Shown in pieces: positions 60,501 to 64,000 of a stretch of DNA of 64,000 bases (position 1 is the stretch's first letter; each line of letters begins with the position of its first letter). The stretch is from Macrostomum hystrix. Its lineage: Eukaryota; Animalia; Platyhelminthes. The DNA lies in the NCBI GenBank assembly GCA_950097015.1, contig CATNEN010000001.1, positions 2,232,001 to 2,296,000 on the forward strand, read 5' to 3'. Position numbers and translations under genes: made by a program. The notes under the pieces are model-generated. The model worked only from the letters and a program-made list of their open reading frames with translations. It did not search any database and was not told the origin of the DNA.

Positions 60501-62440
60501 ACCGGTATTTGCTGGAGTAATTAAGGGCGGGTGTGGCGTCTCCCCAGTCCATGGACTGAACAGCCGTACTCAGTCTTTCAGATGCGCCGCGAAATGTTCA
60601 AAATTTCATTCCTTAAAAATACAGGCCGAGCGAACGCGTCGAGCGATTCGCATGTTCCTACTACTCCGTCGTCTGTGCTACGGTTTGAGACGCGAGCCAG
60701 ATCCAGATTTGCCTCTGCTAGCTGGAGGTGGTGGCTCAATGGGAGAACCCAGTAGCGGTGCTGGAATTCGCGTGTCAGACTGTCTGGATCTGAACAATAG
60801 CGATCTGATTGGCTGCCGCGTCGAACGCGCCGGCGGAGCTGGCAAACCGCCGGCTGAGAGACGCTTTCTAGCCGTCGATACTCGCCACCATCAGGCCATT
60901 CTGGTGGAGCCGGATGGCAAACGTTTGGGCTGGGGTGTGGCCAGGTTTGTTGGTGACCTGCAACACGTTGAAACTACGCCGGATAGGGAAGATTCTCGAT
61001 ACCTGCACGTCACGTTTCACAATCCTGGCGGCCCGCCGGCTCCTAGGGGCGTCACGCGGCCGCCCCTGCTCACGGCCAAGTAGGTTTTTAGTGCTCAGTT
61101 TAATCTAAAAATAACGTATTATATTTTATCTGGACTAACCTAATTATGTATTTACATCACTAGTGATAAAAAATGCACTGCTCAAATAATATTTTCAAAG
61201 TTTATTTTCCATACGCAAAAAACTCTCGTTTTTATAGGCGACAAAATAATGTTTTGCTTATATGATAACGGTTCGGAAAACTCACTGTACATACATACAT
61301 AGCATGTAGTTATAACCTGAAGTGTTAGTCAAACGACTATTATAATATAAGTTCCACTAAAGTAACGAATTCTTTAGAAATGCCGCTTTAAATATAGACT
61401 CAAACCGTAATGATTCATAGAAAGTGTAATTTGTGTGCACATTTGGTCTAATCTGATATATACGTATATAGCCGTATAGCCGGATAGATAGGGGCGGATA
61501 GCTCATTCAGTACGGTGTCGGACTCTGGATCAGATGGTCCTGGGTTCGACTCCCGACCTAGTCTAGAACTATTCGTGCAGCCTTTGGCAAGCTGCTTTGC
61601 CCTGATGTGCACACAGTCTACTCAGCTGCAAATGAGTACCGACATTTCGTCGGGTAATAATAATTCCGGCTGGCGTGGAAAAAAGCAGTTTTTGTGCGGC
61701 AATTCAGTGGGGTTTTGAGGCTGCCGATATGTTTGGAAAAAATAAACTCCATTGCTGACACGCGGCTGTCAACCGGTGTCCGAGAGAGCCGCGGGGAGTA
61801 CATTAGGTGTGCAGTCCCCACCTGCTAGTGTGCTTGACACACAACACCTGCACTGGCCCTTGGGTCTAGTGTAAAATTATTATTATTATTATTATCCGCA
61901 GGGTTTCACGTGGAATTCCCGTGGGTTTTTATCATTTGAAATTAGTTATCTATAGTATTTGAAAAATTGTGTTTAACTCGCAGATTCGTATTCGACGATC
62001 ACATTCGCTGCATGGCTGCCAAACAGCGCCTAGTCAAAGGCCGCCAATCGGTGCGCACTGAGAAGATGGCCGCTATTGGGCGTCTGTTAGAATTCCCTGA
62101 CTCTGTCATTGACGCCATCTCGCCTGGTCATTCGGCGAGGAAAGCAGCGGCCGCAGCCGCTCAGAGGCAGCGAAGCGCCGCGGCTTCGGCATCGCCTTCT
62201 CGCCCCGTTGTCGCCGCCGCCGCTACCCCTGTTACCATAGAAACCAATTTAGCAGTTTCTACCGACAGTCACACTAAAGGTGATTCCCTACCCAAGTTGA
62301 CGACTGCAGAACTTGTTGAACCAGTTGATGAGTCGTCATCGCAGATGTTGGTAGTTGTGCAGCAGCCAATGTCCAGTAGAATAGCGTCTAGTCCTGGCGA
62401 TATTGAGCACATTGCTGAGGATGGCACAACTTCCGGCTGA
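57557..62440 (+). CDS. CLEC16A: CLEC16A / Ema / GOP-1 (FPL domain protein), 5 exons
   Basis: Exons 57557-57982, 58701-59310, 59393-60252, 60625-61079 and 61984-62440. Motifs KNPHSLEYLKYLY, LIWGDQND, VQLLQTLNILFENI, EEVMAYYISFLKTLSLKLN, EFPLYTEA, RRLPCGE and FVFDDHIRCMAAKQRL. Confidence 0.97.
58028..58447. mobile_element. Probable MITE (non-autonomous DNA transposon) in CLEC16A intron 1
   Basis: TA|CCCGCTAAGAAAT ... ATTTTTTACAGGG|TA form imperfect TIRs with TA flanks, and there are internal inverted repeats built on GGGTGATTC. Confidence 0.6.
60372..60592 (+). mobile_element. Deleted SINE B copy with a (GATCGT)n expansion in its tRNA head
   Basis: GGTTCGATTCC, CCACCTGTTAAAT and CAGTCCATGGACTGAACAGCC are present. 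Confidence 0.72.
61491..61894 (+). mobile_element. SINE family C, copy 2, CLEC16A intron 4
   Basis: Near-identical to 34128-34520, with an (ATT)6 tail. Confidence 0.85.
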
Positions 62441-62994
62441 TTTTTAATTGGTCTTAAAGTTCTAACGACGTGACTACAAATGTCGATAATTTTCGTTCGC
62501 TCATTGATTCAGTGATTCGACCTGTTTTTTTCATATACCTTAGATTTTTTTTCTAGTCATACTTGACATACTGCATGGATACTGCCTTTCACTTTCATTA
62601 ATTTGACTAATATTCCTTTCGTGTTTCATCTGCTTGCCAAATGATTGGATGTTTTATAATTTCTTTCTAATTATCGATTAACACAGACAGTAGTTTCATA
62701 TACGGCTTTGTTAGTTGTGAAAAATAATCCAGTAACTTTTTGTAAATAGTAAAAATAAGGAACTGCCATTCACCACCCACTTGCTTTATTTTTAAATAAG
62801 GTGCACGTTTTGCAATTTCCTAATATTGGTGACAAATAGTTTTTTTATTACTTCTCCATGTGTTTACTTCTAAAAAATAAACTCAGAATGCGTTCCATAA
62901 AAGTTTTCTGTGAAATGAATCAATATAGTAGTCTTTTTAAAGTTCGATATTCTTTCTCCTTAGTATAAAGTTTTTGCACACGCTTTATAGTCAC

Positions 62995-63990
62995 ACTTAA
63001 GACTCACCCAATGTACACACCCACTCCAAGCCATACTTAAGCCTCACCCAATGTACACACCCTCTCCAAGCCATTCTTAACCCTCACCCAGTGTACACAC
63101 CCACTCCAAGCCATTCTTAACCCTCACCCAATGTACACACCCACTCCAAGCCATTCTTAACCCTCACCCAATGTACACACCCTCTCCAAGCCATTCTTAA
63201 CCCTCACCCAATGTACACACCCTCTCCAAGCCATTCTTAACCCTCACCCAGTGTACACACCCACTCCAAGCCATTCTTAACCCTCACCCAATGTACACAC
63301 CCACTCCAAGCCATTCTTAACCCTCACCCAATGTACACACCCTCTCCAAGCCATTCTTAACCCTCACCCAATGTACACACCCTCTCCAAGCCATTCTTAA
63401 CCCTCACCCAGTGTACACACCCACTCCAAGCCATTCTTAACCCTCACCCAATGTACACACCCACTCCAAGCCATTCTTAACCCTCACCCAGTGTACACAC
63501 CCACTCCAAGCCATTCTTAACCCTCACCCAATGTACACACCCACTCCAAGCCATACTTAACCCTCACCCAATGTACACACCCACTCCAAGCCATACTTAA
63601 CCCTCACCCAATGTACACACCTACTCTAACTTAACCCTCACCCAATGTACACACCTACTCTAACTTAACCCTCACCCAATGTACACACCTACTCTAACTT
63701 AACCCTCACCCAATGTACACACCTATTCTAACTTAACCCTCACCCAATGTACACACCTACTCTAACTTAACCCTCACCCAATGTACACACCTACTCTAAC
63801 TTAACCCTCACCCAATGTACACACCTATTCTAACTTAACCCTCACCCAATGTACACACCTACTCTAACTTAACCCTCACCCAACGTACACACCTACTCTA
63901 ACTTAACCCTCACCCAATGTACACACCTACTCCAACTTAACCCTCACCCAATGTACACACCTACTCTAACTTAACCCTCACCCAATGTAC
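62995..63990. repeat. Minisatellite switching from a 40-bp unit to a related 34-bp unit at about 63620
   Basis: CCCTCACCCAATGTACACAC-CCACTCCAAGCCATTCTTAA, then CCCTCACCCAATGTACACAC-CTACTCTAACTTAA. Confidence 0.96.
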
Positions 63991-64000
63991 GTAGCCAATC

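Noticed and set aside
61078-61083. Premature stop in CLEC16A (AAG TAG), and apparent stops ending other ORF-track fragments
   Set aside because: These fall just past GT donors (AA|gtaggt); splicing restores the frame, so they are neither pseudogenes nor recoding events.
1-64000. SL RNA or snRNA gene
   Set aside because: I saw no leader-GT-Sm site arrangement that I could support by eye; an Infernal/Rfam scan would be decisive.

Overview
Eukaryotic (animal) genomic DNA with GT-AG introns; it is not prokaryotic. The gene style, the extreme minisatellite load and tRNA-derived SINEs with (ATT)n tails suggest a free-living flatworm such as Macrostomum, but that is inference. I reconstructed exons by hand. 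An RNF11-like RING-H2 gene lies on the - strand (17518-19733), head-to-head with an uninterrupted run of seven co-oriented + strand housekeeping genes: SNF5/SMARCB1, TRPC4AP, vezatin, STAM, an MPV17-family gene, mitochondrial LeuRS (LARS2) and CLEC16A. There is also an orphan single-exon 4-TM ORF at 6870-7517. Most + genes have an apparently unpaired, often U-rich, 3' splice acceptor 28-92 nt upstream of the ATG and short spacers, which fits a polycistronic, SL-trans-spliced operon; this is the best candidate system. About 20 distinct mini/microsatellite arrays occupy introns and spacers. Several start right at 5' splice donors, one is built from the donor itself, eight have 21-bp units, and one family forms inverted pairs around LARS2 exons. 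Three SINE families and a probable MITE are also present. Most long ORFs in the supplied track are repeat artefacts.
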